NCBI GenBank assembly: GCA_001552015.1
Contig: CP010514.1
Coordinates: 360,001 to 392,000, forward strand
Reading direction: 5' to 3'
DNA length: 32,000 bases
Source: Candidatus Nanopusillus acidilobi
GTDB taxonomy: Archaea > Nanobdellota > Nanobdellia > Nanobdellales > Nanobdellaceae
In this document: positions 24,849-32,000 of the stretch, piece after piece
Layout: every line of letters begins with the position of its first letter
Position numbering within the stretch: position 1 is the first letter of the stretch
Position numbers and translations under genes: made by a program
Notes under the pieces: generated by a model
The model's database searches: none
Told to the model about the DNA's origin: nothing
The model's input: only the letters and a program-made list of their open reading frames with translations

Positions 24849-24932
24849 TGCGGCGGAGGGGATTTGAACCCCTGGCGGATCTTATCCAATCGGACCTCAA
24901 CCGATCCCCTTTGGCCTCTCGGGCACCGCCGC
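24849..24932 (-). tRNA. tRNA-Leu (anticodon GAG), long variable arm
   Basis: Reverse complement: GCGGCGGTGCCCGAGAGGCCAAAGGGGATCGGTTGAGGTCCGATTGGATAAGATCCGCCAGGGGTTCAAATCCCCTCCGCCGCA. The acceptor is GCGGCGG/CCGCCGC and the anticodon loop is TTGAGGT. Confidence 0.9.
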
Positions 24933-24996
24933 GTATTTTATTTTATATTTTCCAAAATTTTAAAATATAAGAGATAATATTCATGAAACAAATAAA

Positions 24997-25488
24997 TTAA
25001 CAACAATGTAAATTTTCTTTATTATTTTTTGAAATCTTTAGTTTTTTAATATCTTTTCTTTTATTCAATCCTAATAAAAATATTAAATTAACTATAAACA
25101 AAATATCACTAACAATTAATAGAATTTCTCCAAATTCAAATATATTTAATCTAAATATTGGAGCAAGAGTTGCAACTAAAATTGCAAAAGAACCTGTACT
25201 ACATCCAACTAAACATGCTTGAAATCCGGCAAAACCAAATATTGCAGAAATAAATGATAAAATATTTCCTGCGTAAAATTTCCTATAATTAATTATCATA
25301 AAAGATATTAAAGCAAAATTTAAAGAAAATAAAATTACATATGAACATGCAAGGATTTTTATATAAATTGAAGCTAATAACAAACCCAAAAATATTGATT
25401 TAATATAAAAATAACCAATTAGAAAAAATATTATAATTAAAATAATTCCAATTTTACTTTTTATCATATCTTTAAAAATGTTATTCAT
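24997..25488 (-). CDS. Integral membrane protein with intramembrane and C-terminal Cys motifs, unknown function
   Basis: The track ORF starts at a TTG (25503). The first ATG is at 25488, giving MNNIFKDMIKSKIGIILIII.... It has about 4-5 TM helices, a CxxxC inside a helix (FQACLVGCSTG), and a C-terminal tail ...KENLHCC. Confidence 0.45.
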   Translation of the reverse strand: MNNIFKDMIKSKIGIILIIIFFLIGYFYIKSIFLGLLLASIYIKILACSYVILFSLNFALISFMIINYRKFYAGNILSFISAIFGFAGFQACLVGCSTGSFAILVATLAPIFRLNIFEFGEILLIVSDILFIVNLIFLLGLNKRKDIKKLKISKNNKENLHCC

Positions 25489-25542
25489 TTTTATAATATT
25501 CAAAATATCTTTTTAAATATTTTTTCTAATTATTTGAAATGA

Positions 25543-26979
25543 ATGACAATCGGTGTAATTTATATATATAATACATTAACAAAGAAAAAGGAAATATTTG
25601 AACCAATAGAATATCCTTTTGTAAAAATATATCATTGTGGAATAACTCCATATGATACATCACATATAGGTCATTTAAGGTCAGAAATTTCTTTAGATAT
25701 TATAAGAAGAATATTCAGATATTTTGGATATATAGATATAGCAATTAGCAATTTTACAGATATAGATGATAAAATAATAAAAAGAGCAAGAGAACTAAAT
25801 TTATTAAATGATTGGCAGAAAATACCTGAAGAATATATAAAATATCATTTAGAACAAGTAAAAAGATTAAATAATTTACCATTTTATATAAATCCAAGAG
25901 TTACAGCACATATTAATGATATTGTAGACTTTATAAAGGATTTAATAAATAAAGGATATGCATATAGAGGAAAATATAGTATATATTATGATATAGATAA
26001 ATATCCATATTATGGACAACTATCAGGAACAAAAAAAGAACAATGGGAACAAGAAACAGAATTTTTAGAAGATAAAAGACATACATATGATTTTGCATTA
26101 TGGAAATTTAAAAAAGAAGATGAACCATATTGGAATACAGAAATAGGAGAAGGAAGACCTGGTTGGCATATTGAATGTTCTACAATGTCATCAAAATATT
26201 TAGGACCACAATTTGATATACATTCAGGAGGTCAGGATTTAATATTCCCACATCATGAAAATGAAATTGCACAATCAGAAGCTAGATTCAATAAACATCC
26301 ATGGGTAAAATATTGGCTACATTTTGGATTTATAAAAATTAGAGGAGAAAAAATGAGTAAAAGTTTAGGAAATATAATACCTGCAAAGGAATTTTTAGAT
26401 AAATATGGAGAAGATATTACTAGATTTTATATTGGATCTTATCATTATAGAGAACCAATTGATATAAATGAAGAAAGTATAAATCAAGCAAAAGAAAATT
26501 ATAGATATATAACTTCAACAATTAAAACAATTGTAAATGAAATAAATAGTTTAGATAGAACATTTTATTTAGATGATAATAAAATAAAAATATGGAAAGA
26601 ATTATTAAATTATGAAAAAGAATTTATAAATAGTATAAAAGATGATTTTAATACAAGAGAGGCTACAAGAATATTATTAGAAGCAACAAATTATATAAAT
26701 AAGAATGTTATTGGATCCGAAACATTTACATTATACTTTACTTCATATAATTTCTATAATATTGCTTCAAGAATTTATGGATTATGGGAAGATATATTTT
26801 ATGGAAGAGAAAGTAAAGAAAATCTAACAAATATTTTATTAAATATAATAATAGATATTAGAAATGAATTAAGAAAAAATAAAAATTATGAATTATCCGA
26901 TAAAATAAGGGAAGAACTTAGAAAAATTGGTATAGATTTATTAGATCAAGGAAATAAAACAATATATAGATTTATATAA
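25543..26979 (+). CDS. cysS: Cysteinyl-tRNA synthetase
   Basis: 478 aa. The N-terminus is IYNTLTKKKEIFEP, the HIGH motif is TSHIGHLRS, followed by GRPGWHIECS and the KMSKS motif GEKMSKSLGN. Confidence 0.95.
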   Translation: MTIGVIYIYNTLTKKKEIFEPIEYPFVKIYHCGITPYDTSHIGHLRSEISLDIIRRIFRYFGYIDIAISNFTDIDDKIIKRARELNLLNDWQKIPEEYIKYHLEQVKRLNNLPFYINPRVTAHINDIVDFIKDLINKGYAYRGKYSIYYDIDKYPYYGQLSGTKKEQWEQETEFLEDKRHTYDFALWKFKKEDEPYWNTEIGEGRPGWHIECSTMSSKYLGPQFDIHSGGQDLIFPHHENEIAQSEARFNKHPWVKYWLHFGFIKIRGEKMSKSLGNIIPAKEFLDKYGEDITRFYIGSYHYREPIDINEESINQAKENYRYITSTIKTIVNEINSLDRTFYLDDNKIKIWKELLNYEKEFINSIKDDFNTREATRILLEATNYINKNVIGSETFTLYFTSYNFYNIASRIYGLWEDIFYGRESKENLTNILLNIIIDIRNELRKNKNYELSDKIREELRKIGIDLLDQGNKTIYRFI

Positions 26980-27018
26980 AAATTATCATTTTTTAACTTT
27001 TTTATTAAAAATAAGTGA

Positions 27019-28218
27019 ATGGATGATATAATATATCCTGATCTATCAATAATAATATTGGGACATGTTGATCATGGAAAAACAACATTGGCAAAATCAT
27101 TAACAGGTCAATGGTTATCAAAACATTCTGAAGAAATAAAAAGAGGATTAACAATAAAATTGGGATATGCAGATTTTACAATATATAAATGTGAAGAACA
27201 TGGATATTTTACAGAAAAAATATGTCCAATATGCAATAAAGAAAATAAACCAGTAAGAAAAATATCTATTGTAGATGCACCTGGTCATGAAAGTTTATTG
27301 ATGGTAATGTTAACTGGAGCTGCAATTGTTGATGCTGCTATATTAGTTATTGCTGCAAATGAACCAGTTCCACAACCACAAACATTAGAACATCTTGTAG
27401 CATTTAAATATTTAGGAGATAAACCATTAATAATTGTACAAAATAAAATTGATCTTGTAACAAAGGAAGAGGCAATGAAAAATTATCAGGAAATATTAAA
27501 TTTATTAGATAAATTAAATATTGATAAAAATAAAGTAAAAATAATTCCAATATCCGCAATAAATAATGTAAATATAAATTACTTATTAGAAGAATTAGCT
27601 AATTTACCAAAATCTGAAAAAGATGAAAATTCAGATCCAATATTTTTAATATCAAGATCATTTGACGTAAATAAACCAGGTACTGATATAGAAAAATTGA
27701 TTGGAGGAGTTTTGGGAGGAAGTTTACTAAAAGGTAAATTAAAATTAAATGATGAAATAGAAATAAGACCTGGATTGTTTATTAATAATAAGTGGATTCC
27801 TATAAAAACAAAAATAGTTTCATTAAAGCAAGGTAATCATAATGTAGAAGAAATATTACCGAGAGGAACTGCAGGAATTGGGACAAGTTTAGATCCTTCA
27901 GTTACAAAAGATGATACATTATCAGGACAAATTGCTGGATATTCAAATAAATTACCTCCACAATATGATGAAATAAAGGTAAAATATGAAATAATAAAAG
28001 AATTATTTAATGAAAATGAAAAAATTCAAAAAGGAGAAGCAATAATTGTAGGATTATATAATATAATTTCTGATGGAATTATAAAAAACATAGAAAAGGG
28101 AAATGTAATTACTATAAAGTTGAATAAACCAGTTTTAGGATATAAAGATGATAAAGTAATAATATTAAGAAATATTAATAAAAGATGGAAGATATTTGCA
28201 ATTGGTAAATTATTATGA
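27019..28218 (+). CDS. eif2g: Translation initiation factor aIF2 gamma subunit
   Basis: 399 aa. G1 is GHVDHGKTTL. The zinc-ribbon insert is CEEHGYFTEKICPICNK. G3 is DAPGHE and G4 is QNKIDL. Beta-barrel domains II and III follow. Confidence 0.95.
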   Translation: MDDIIYPDLSIIILGHVDHGKTTLAKSLTGQWLSKHSEEIKRGLTIKLGYADFTIYKCEEHGYFTEKICPICNKENKPVRKISIVDAPGHESLLMVMLTGAAIVDAAILVIAANEPVPQPQTLEHLVAFKYLGDKPLIIVQNKIDLVTKEEAMKNYQEILNLLDKLNIDKNKVKIIPISAINNVNINYLLEELANLPKSEKDENSDPIFLISRSFDVNKPGTDIEKLIGGVLGGSLLKGKLKLNDEIEIRPGLFINNKWIPIKTKIVSLKQGNHNVEEILPRGTAGIGTSLDPSVTKDDTLSGQIAGYSNKLPPQYDEIKVKYEIIKELFNENEKIQKGEAIIVGLYNIISDGIIKNIEKGNVITIKLNKPVLGYKDDKVIILRNINKRWKIFAIGKLL

Positions 28219-28622
28219 AATACAAAATATTAATTGATACAAACATATTTTTTATTCCATTTTATGAGAATTTTGATATAATAAATGAATTAAAAGATTT
28301 TTTAATGAAAAATAATATTGAATACGAAGGATTTTATACATTAAGAAAAAATATTATTGAAATTGAAAATAAAATAAATAGCTCAAAATCTGAAAAATGG
28401 AAAAAAATATATAATTTAGTATTAGAATATATAAAAAAGAATAACATAAATATTATAGAAACAAAAGAAAATTATGAAAAAACAGATAGACTTATAATAA
28501 AAACAGCATTATCTGATAAATTTATTGTATGTACATTAGATAAAAATTTAAGAATGATATTAAAGAAACTAAATATACCAGTAATTTTTTATTCAAATAA
28601 GAGATTACATATAATATGGTAA
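28215..28622 (+). CDS. PIN-domain protein (Fcf1/Utp24-like, the conserved neighbour of aIF2 gamma)
   Basis: 135 aa. The motifs are KILIDTNIFFIPF (first acidic residue), KTDRLII and VCTLDKNLRMILKKLNIPVI. There is a 4-nt overlap with eif2g. Confidence 0.7.
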   Translation: MKYKILIDTNIFFIPFYENFDIINELKDFLMKNNIEYEGFYTLRKNIIEIENKINSSKSEKWKKIYNLVLEYIKKNNINIIETKENYEKTDRLIIKTALSDKFIVCTLDKNLRMILKKLNIPVIFYSNKRLHIIW

Positions 28623-29464
28623 CAAATGCAGGACCAGAATTTTATGCCGCAAAAGAAAAATATGAAAATGCTAAAACTCCAGAAGAAAAATTAAAATATT
28701 TATATGAAATGTTAAAAACTGCTCCAAAACATAAAGGATCTGAACATTTAATTGCATGGATAAATAAAAAAATATCAGAATATGAAAAAATGATTGAAGA
28801 AGGTAAATATAAAAAGGGAGGAAGTAGTATAAAATTAATAGAGAAATCCGGTGATATTTTAATAAGTATATTGGGAATAGAAAATACTGGAAAAAGCTAT
28901 TTTTTAAGGAAATTTACAAATGCAAATGTTGAAGTAAGTGAAATTCCATTTTCTACAATAAATCCAGCAATTGGTACAATATTTTATAATTGCGTATATT
29001 ATCAATTTGTTGAAATTCCATCTACATTTGAAAGAAAATTTAGATCAATTTTATCATTATCTGATTATTATATATTAATATTAGATGAAAAAAGAAATAT
29101 AGAAGAACAATTGGAAAGAATAAATAAATTTTCTGAGGGAATAATTGAATTTAGTACAATTCCAAATAATAAATATAAAATAATATATAATAAATTTGAT
29201 GATTTTAAAGATATAAATTTACAAGAAATATTAGAAAATATAATTAAAGATTTAGATTTAATAAGAGTAAAACCAATAGATTCTGATCATTGCGTAATAT
29301 TAAATAAAGATTCTACTATAAAAGACTTCATTGAAAAAATAAATAAAAAATGGATAGATAAATTTAGATATGCAAAGATAATTAGAGGAGATAAAATTAT
29401 AAGAGCTGGATTAAATTATAAATTAGAAGATAGAGATATTGTTGAATTAAAATTAAAAATATAA
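28616..29464 (+). CDS. DRG-like Obg-family GTPase with TGS domain, with a degenerate G3 motif
   Basis: 282 aa. The N-terminus is TAPKHKGSEHLIAWINKKISEYE (compare DRG T.KNKaTe.HlG.LKAKlA.L). G1 is GIENTGKS, G2 is PFSTI, G3 DLPG is replaced by EIPS, and G4 is YNKFD. The TGS-like C-terminus is STIKDFIEKINKKWIDKFRYAKIIRGDKIIRAGLNYKLEDRDIVEL. Confidence 0.6.
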   Translation: MVTNAGPEFYAAKEKYENAKTPEEKLKYLYEMLKTAPKHKGSEHLIAWINKKISEYEKMIEEGKYKKGGSSIKLIEKSGDILISILGIENTGKSYFLRKFTNANVEVSEIPFSTINPAIGTIFYNCVYYQFVEIPSTFERKFRSILSLSDYYILILDEKRNIEEQLERINKFSEGIIEFSTIPNNKYKIIYNKFDDFKDINLQEILENIIKDLDLIRVKPIDSDHCVILNKDSTIKDFIEKINKKWIDKFRYAKIIRGDKIIRAGLNYKLEDRDIVELKLKI

Positions 29465-29725
29465 TTATTTATGTTTTTCAAGCTTTTCCTTTAATTCTAT
29501 TATATCTTTTCTAGTATATTCTATTAATATTGCAATTACAGATAACCATAATACTCCTAACCATGTAAATAAAGCTGCTATAACCATAGCAGCTGAACCT
29601 TGTAGTGCAAGTGGTAGTTCTATGCTTTTAAACATCAAAAGATATCCCAATATCATATTAATAAAAAATCCTACCAGCAATATTATTTCTAACAAATTTG
29701 GTGTTTTGTAATCAAAGCCAACCAT
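29465..29725 (-). CDS. Small two-TM membrane protein, unknown function
   Basis: 86 aa with two hydrophobic helices and a charged C-terminal tail (RKDIIELKEKLEKHK). Confidence 0.4.
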   Translation of the reverse strand: MVGFDYKTPNLLEIILLVGFFINMILGYLLMFKSIELPLALQGSAAMVIAALFTWLGVLWLSVIAILIEYTRKDIIELKEKLEKHK

Positions 29726-29761
29726 TATTAATTTTTAAATTAAATATTTATATATATTTCT

Positions 29762-30235
29762 ATGAAAAGTTTAGATAAAAAATCAAGAAAAAATTTAATC
29801 GAATTATTAAAAACAAATTATAAAATAGAATGCGAAAAATTAAAAAATGAAAATATATTTTTAGATGAAGAAAATAATATTTACGTATATAATAATATTC
29901 CAATAGCGTTTATAAGAGATAATAAAATATATCCAACAATATTTTTGATAAATGAATGTGAAACAAATATGAATTATATTAAAGTAAATATTGGGGCAAA
30001 AGAAAAAATATTAAATGGTGCAGATGTATTTAGACCTGGAATAATTGAATTTTCAGATTTCAAAAAAGATGAAATAATATTAGTAATATCTGAGGATAAT
30101 AAATTATTAGCAATTGGAAGAGCATTATATGATAGCAATGATGCTATTAAAATGAAAAAAGGAAAAATAGTAGAAAATATACATTATTATGGAGATAAAA
30201 TAACAAAATATTATTTAAATAAAATTAAAAATTGA
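29762..30235 (+). CDS. PUA-domain RNA-binding protein (MCT-1/Tma20-like)
   Basis: 157 aa. The C-terminal half, VNIGAKEKILNGADVFRPGIIEFSDFKKDEIILVISEDNKLLAIGRALYDSNDAIKMKKGKIVENIHYYGDKI, matches the PUA pattern (GA.v..pGi...i..gD.V.v......AiG.a..s.......kG..v...h..GD.i). Confidence 0.7.
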   Translation: MKSLDKKSRKNLIELLKTNYKIECEKLKNENIFLDEENNIYVYNNIPIAFIRDNKIYPTIFLINECETNMNYIKVNIGAKEKILNGADVFRPGIIEFSDFKKDEIILVISEDNKLLAIGRALYDSNDAIKMKKGKIVENIHYYGDKITKYYLNKIKN

Positions 30236-31360
30236 TTTTTGTTTTAATAAATTACTATATTTTCTTAATTTATATACTGAAACATTATATTTATTCATAA
30301 ATTTATTATTTAGATATTGAATTAGTTCATTATAATCATCAAATTTTTCTATCAAATTATTTAACATATACTTTGTTCCTTCTCTAACAACCCAAACACC
30401 TAGAGGAACTTTATATTCTTTTGTTACAAATCTAAATACAACTAAATTTCCAATCATTTTATAATTTCTCATAAATTCTGCAAAAGATAATTTTAAAGCA
30501 CTATAACCTCCTGATTCATCATCTCTGCCAATTATACTATATTTGAAATTCAAATTATATGCAGAACCTGGTATTAATGTTTCAATCAATTCACAATTTC
30601 CATTACCTGGGAAAAATACTCCATAAAAATCATTTCCATATAAAGAATAATAGAATAAGTAATATTTATCATTAATTTTAGAATAATCCTTTATTTCTTC
30701 CTTTATTTTTTTCTCTAGAATTTCATGAACTGCAGTTATTGCCCATTTACTTGGAACTAATTTTTTATTTATCTTATATCCAAAGAATCCCATTGAAAAT
30801 AATCTTGATAAATAATAATCAGACATCCCAGATTTATATAAATAATATATAGAATCTTCTGCCTTCATTTCTTCTATTTTATATATCTCATTTGGTATTT
30901 TTGGATTTTCATTTATCTTTATTTTATCTATTATACCAGAATATCCATATAAACCTATTATCTTTGAAATTTTCATATTTTCACTTATTTTATTTAGATG
31001 TATTTCTAAATTTATTGATTTAACTGACAACATTGAATCTAAAATTTCATTATATAATCTATCATTTTTTCTTGGTAAATTCGCATCTACAATCTTCTTT
31101 GCATTTATTAAACTTATTCTACTCTTTATAATTTCTTCAACATCTATATTATTTTTTGCCCAATATATAGGATTATCATATAATTCTATATTTTCATTAT
31201 AAGATGTTAAAACACCTAAAGACAATTTGGGATAGTTAATTGAACTGATTAAATTTGATGGAGGAGTATATCCATTTATCTCCTTTTTTAATATTATAGA
31301 TTTTCCATATAATTTCTTATATTTTTCTGCAAGTTTTTTTGCATTTACGACATCTATCAT
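30215..31360 (-). CDS. nre: Archaeal Nre-family protein (PCNA-associated DNA repair factor, DUF650/DUF651-like)
   Basis: 381 aa. Matches are TPPSNLISSINYPKLSLGVL (compare PSvFVGr.gYP.V..Gpl), KKLVPSKWAITAVHE (compare VPTRWSITAvDd) and PLGVWVVREG. The C-terminal PIP-like box is QKSIFNFI. The 3' end overlaps the convergent PUA gene by 21 nt. Confidence 0.6.
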   Translation of the reverse strand: MIDVVNAKKLAEKYKKLYGKSIILKKEINGYTPPSNLISSINYPKLSLGVLTSYNENIELYDNPIYWAKNNIDVEEIIKSRISLINAKKIVDANLPRKNDRLYNEILDSMLSVKSINLEIHLNKISENMKISKIIGLYGYSGIIDKIKINENPKIPNEIYKIEEMKAEDSIYYLYKSGMSDYYLSRLFSMGFFGYKINKKLVPSKWAITAVHEILEKKIKEEIKDYSKINDKYYLFYYSLYGNDFYGVFFPGNGNCELIETLIPGSAYNLNFKYSIIGRDDESGGYSALKLSFAEFMRNYKMIGNLVVFRFVTKEYKVPLGVWVVREGTKYMLNNLIEKFDDYNELIQYLNNKFMNKYNVSVYKLRKYSNLLKQKSIFNFI

Positions 31361-31394
31361 TAGATTTTTATTTATTTTTTAAATTATAAGTTTG

Positions 31395-32000
31395 ATGGAT
31401 ATAATAAATATACCGACAAAGTATAAATTAAAAGAAATTAAAAATTTAGATGAATTAAAAAAATATTTACCAAAAAAATTTGCTTTGGTATCTTTAACAC
31501 AATATTCTGAATATACTAAAAAAATATATGAAATATTAAAAGAAAATTATGAAATAATATTAAAGGAAGGATTATATGGTATAAATGTTTTGGGATGCTA
31601 TTCAGAACCTGCAAATATAGAAGAAGTAGATACAGTACTATTAATTGGAAATGGAAAATTTCATGCAGAAAATATTATAAGAAAATTAAAGAAAAAGGTA
31701 ATTGTTTATGATCCAATATATGGAGAAATAAAAGTTTATGAACCAGATTATAATTTTGATAAAATTTTAGAATTTCTATTGAATAAATTAAAGAATTCAA
31801 AGAATATTGGAATAATATTATCAATAAAGCCTGGACAATATTATTATGAAGAAACATTAAAGATTAAAGATAAATTAGAAAAATCTGGAAAAAAAGTATA
31901 CTTATTTATTGGAGATACAATAGATATTTTACAATTATTAAATTTTCCATATATAGATTTCTGGATTTTCTCTGCATGTCCAAGATTGATTGATGATATA
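31395..32000 (+). CDS. dph2: Diphthamide synthesis protein Dph2 (2-(3-amino-3-carboxypropyl)histidine synthase), 3'-truncated by the window edge
   Basis: Own translation from the ATG at 31395, with 202 codons open to the window end: MDIINIPTKYKLKEIKNLDEL...LVSLTQYSEY...NVLGCYSEP...VDTVLLIGNGKFHAEN...IGIILSIKPGQYYYEETLKIKDKLEKSGKKVYLFIGDTIDILQLLNFPYIDFWIFSACPRLIDDI. This matches the archaeal Dph2 pattern (GaC, iG.i.s.k.GQ, L.nf..iD.fV..aCPR). Confidence 0.8.
   Translation, partial: MDIINIPTKYKLKEIKNLDELKKYLPKKFALVSLTQYSEYTKKIYEILKENYEIILKEGLYGINVLGCYSEPANIEEVDTVLLIGNGKFHAENIIRKLKKKVIVYDPIYGEIKVYEPDYNFDKILEFLLNKLKNSKNIGIILSIKPGQYYYEETLKIKDKLEKSGKKVYLFIGDTIDILQLLNFPYIDFWIFSACPRLIDDI

Noticed and set aside
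24038-24932. The inverted tRNA-Leu copies as att sites or boundaries of an integrated element
   Set aside because: Both tRNAs are full length with different acceptor stems. The enclosed cargo is a single core housekeeping gene (adkA), and no integrase or foreign-looking gene is present.
15994-24975. A fixed-distance promoter upstream of every tRNA (leaderless, RNase-P-independent tRNA transcription)
   Set aside because: I compared the five upstream regions. TTTAAA occurs at -24..-19 (Gln) and -20..-15 (Leu-CAG). TTTATAT occurs at -32..-26 (iMet). Nothing convincing lies upstream of Arg. The spacing is not constant and AT-rich background makes such matches cheap, so I cannot support the claim from this window.
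4873-25503. Track start codons at 5151 and 25503
   Set aside because: Both are TTG codons rendered as M by the ORF finder. In-frame ATGs lie 2 and 5 codons downstream (5145 and 25488), and I used those as the more likely starts. All other listed starts that I checked are ATG.
28215-28622. The PIN-domain gene as a toxin of a toxin-antitoxin or defence module
   Set aside because: It overlaps aIF2gamma and the DRG-like gene in the arrangement conserved for the housekeeping Fcf1/Utp24-like archaeal PIN protein. No small antitoxin-like partner ORF is present.
31675-31857. ORF 31675..31857 (-), 60 aa
   Set aside because: It is antisense to the Dph2 reading frame, which is open from 31395 to the window end and has clear family motifs.
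1-32000. A search for CRISPR arrays, transposases or integrases, tandem repeats and split tRNA halves
   Set aside because: I saw no regularly spaced direct repeats, no recombinase-like ORFs, and no orphan GC-rich half-tRNA-like patches outside the five complete tRNAs. The only repeat noted inside a gene is the 14-nt duplication in the coiled-coil gene (9442-9455 and 9470-9483), which simply encodes a repeated NKLEDS peptide.

Overview
This is a very AT-rich, tightly packed archaeal chromosome segment. I estimate roughly three quarters or more A+T by eye and did not compute it. I can support 39 protein-coding genes (two run off the window edges), 5 intact intron-less tRNA genes and 2 box C/D sRNA candidates. 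One coding gene, Nop10, is absent from the supplied ORF track. Nearly all recognisable genes are information-processing housekeeping: reverse gyrase (N-terminal part), GINS, family-B DNA polymerase, RtcB, aIF2 alpha and gamma, Pelota, Nop10, eL42, eS17, Alba, RNAP subunit N, CysRS, archaeal adenylate kinase, pyrophosphatase, an NOL1/NOP2/Sun methyltransferase, a TtuA/Ncs6-like PP-loop ATPase, Obg-family GTPases, Nre and Dph2. Many neighbouring genes overlap by 4-21 nt, and divergent intergenic spacers are only about 34-54 bp. Reverse gyrase, GC-rich tRNAs in an AT-rich background and the extreme compaction suggest a genome-reduced hyperthermophilic archaeon of the Nanoarchaeota/DPANN type; this is an inference, not a search result. 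I saw no CRISPR array, transposase, integrase or obvious defence system. The parts not explained by housekeeping are: (1) a three-gene island of N/S/Y-rich, glycosylation-sequon-dense, membrane-anchored or secreted proteins (3849-6230), two genes downstream of an A24 prepilin-peptidase-like gene with pelota between them; (2) a 508-aa aldehyde:ferredoxin-oxidoreductase-like protein with no cysteine at all, whose 3' end overlaps tRNA-Arg; (3) a C/D sRNA whose D box shares a nucleotide with the start codon of an RNA m5C methyltransferase gene; (4) two coiled-coil genes coupled to polB; (5) an AAA+/winged-helix ATPase coupled to a tRNA-thiolation-type enzyme. All homology calls rest on motif recognition by eye from the translated ORFs. 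No database search was run.
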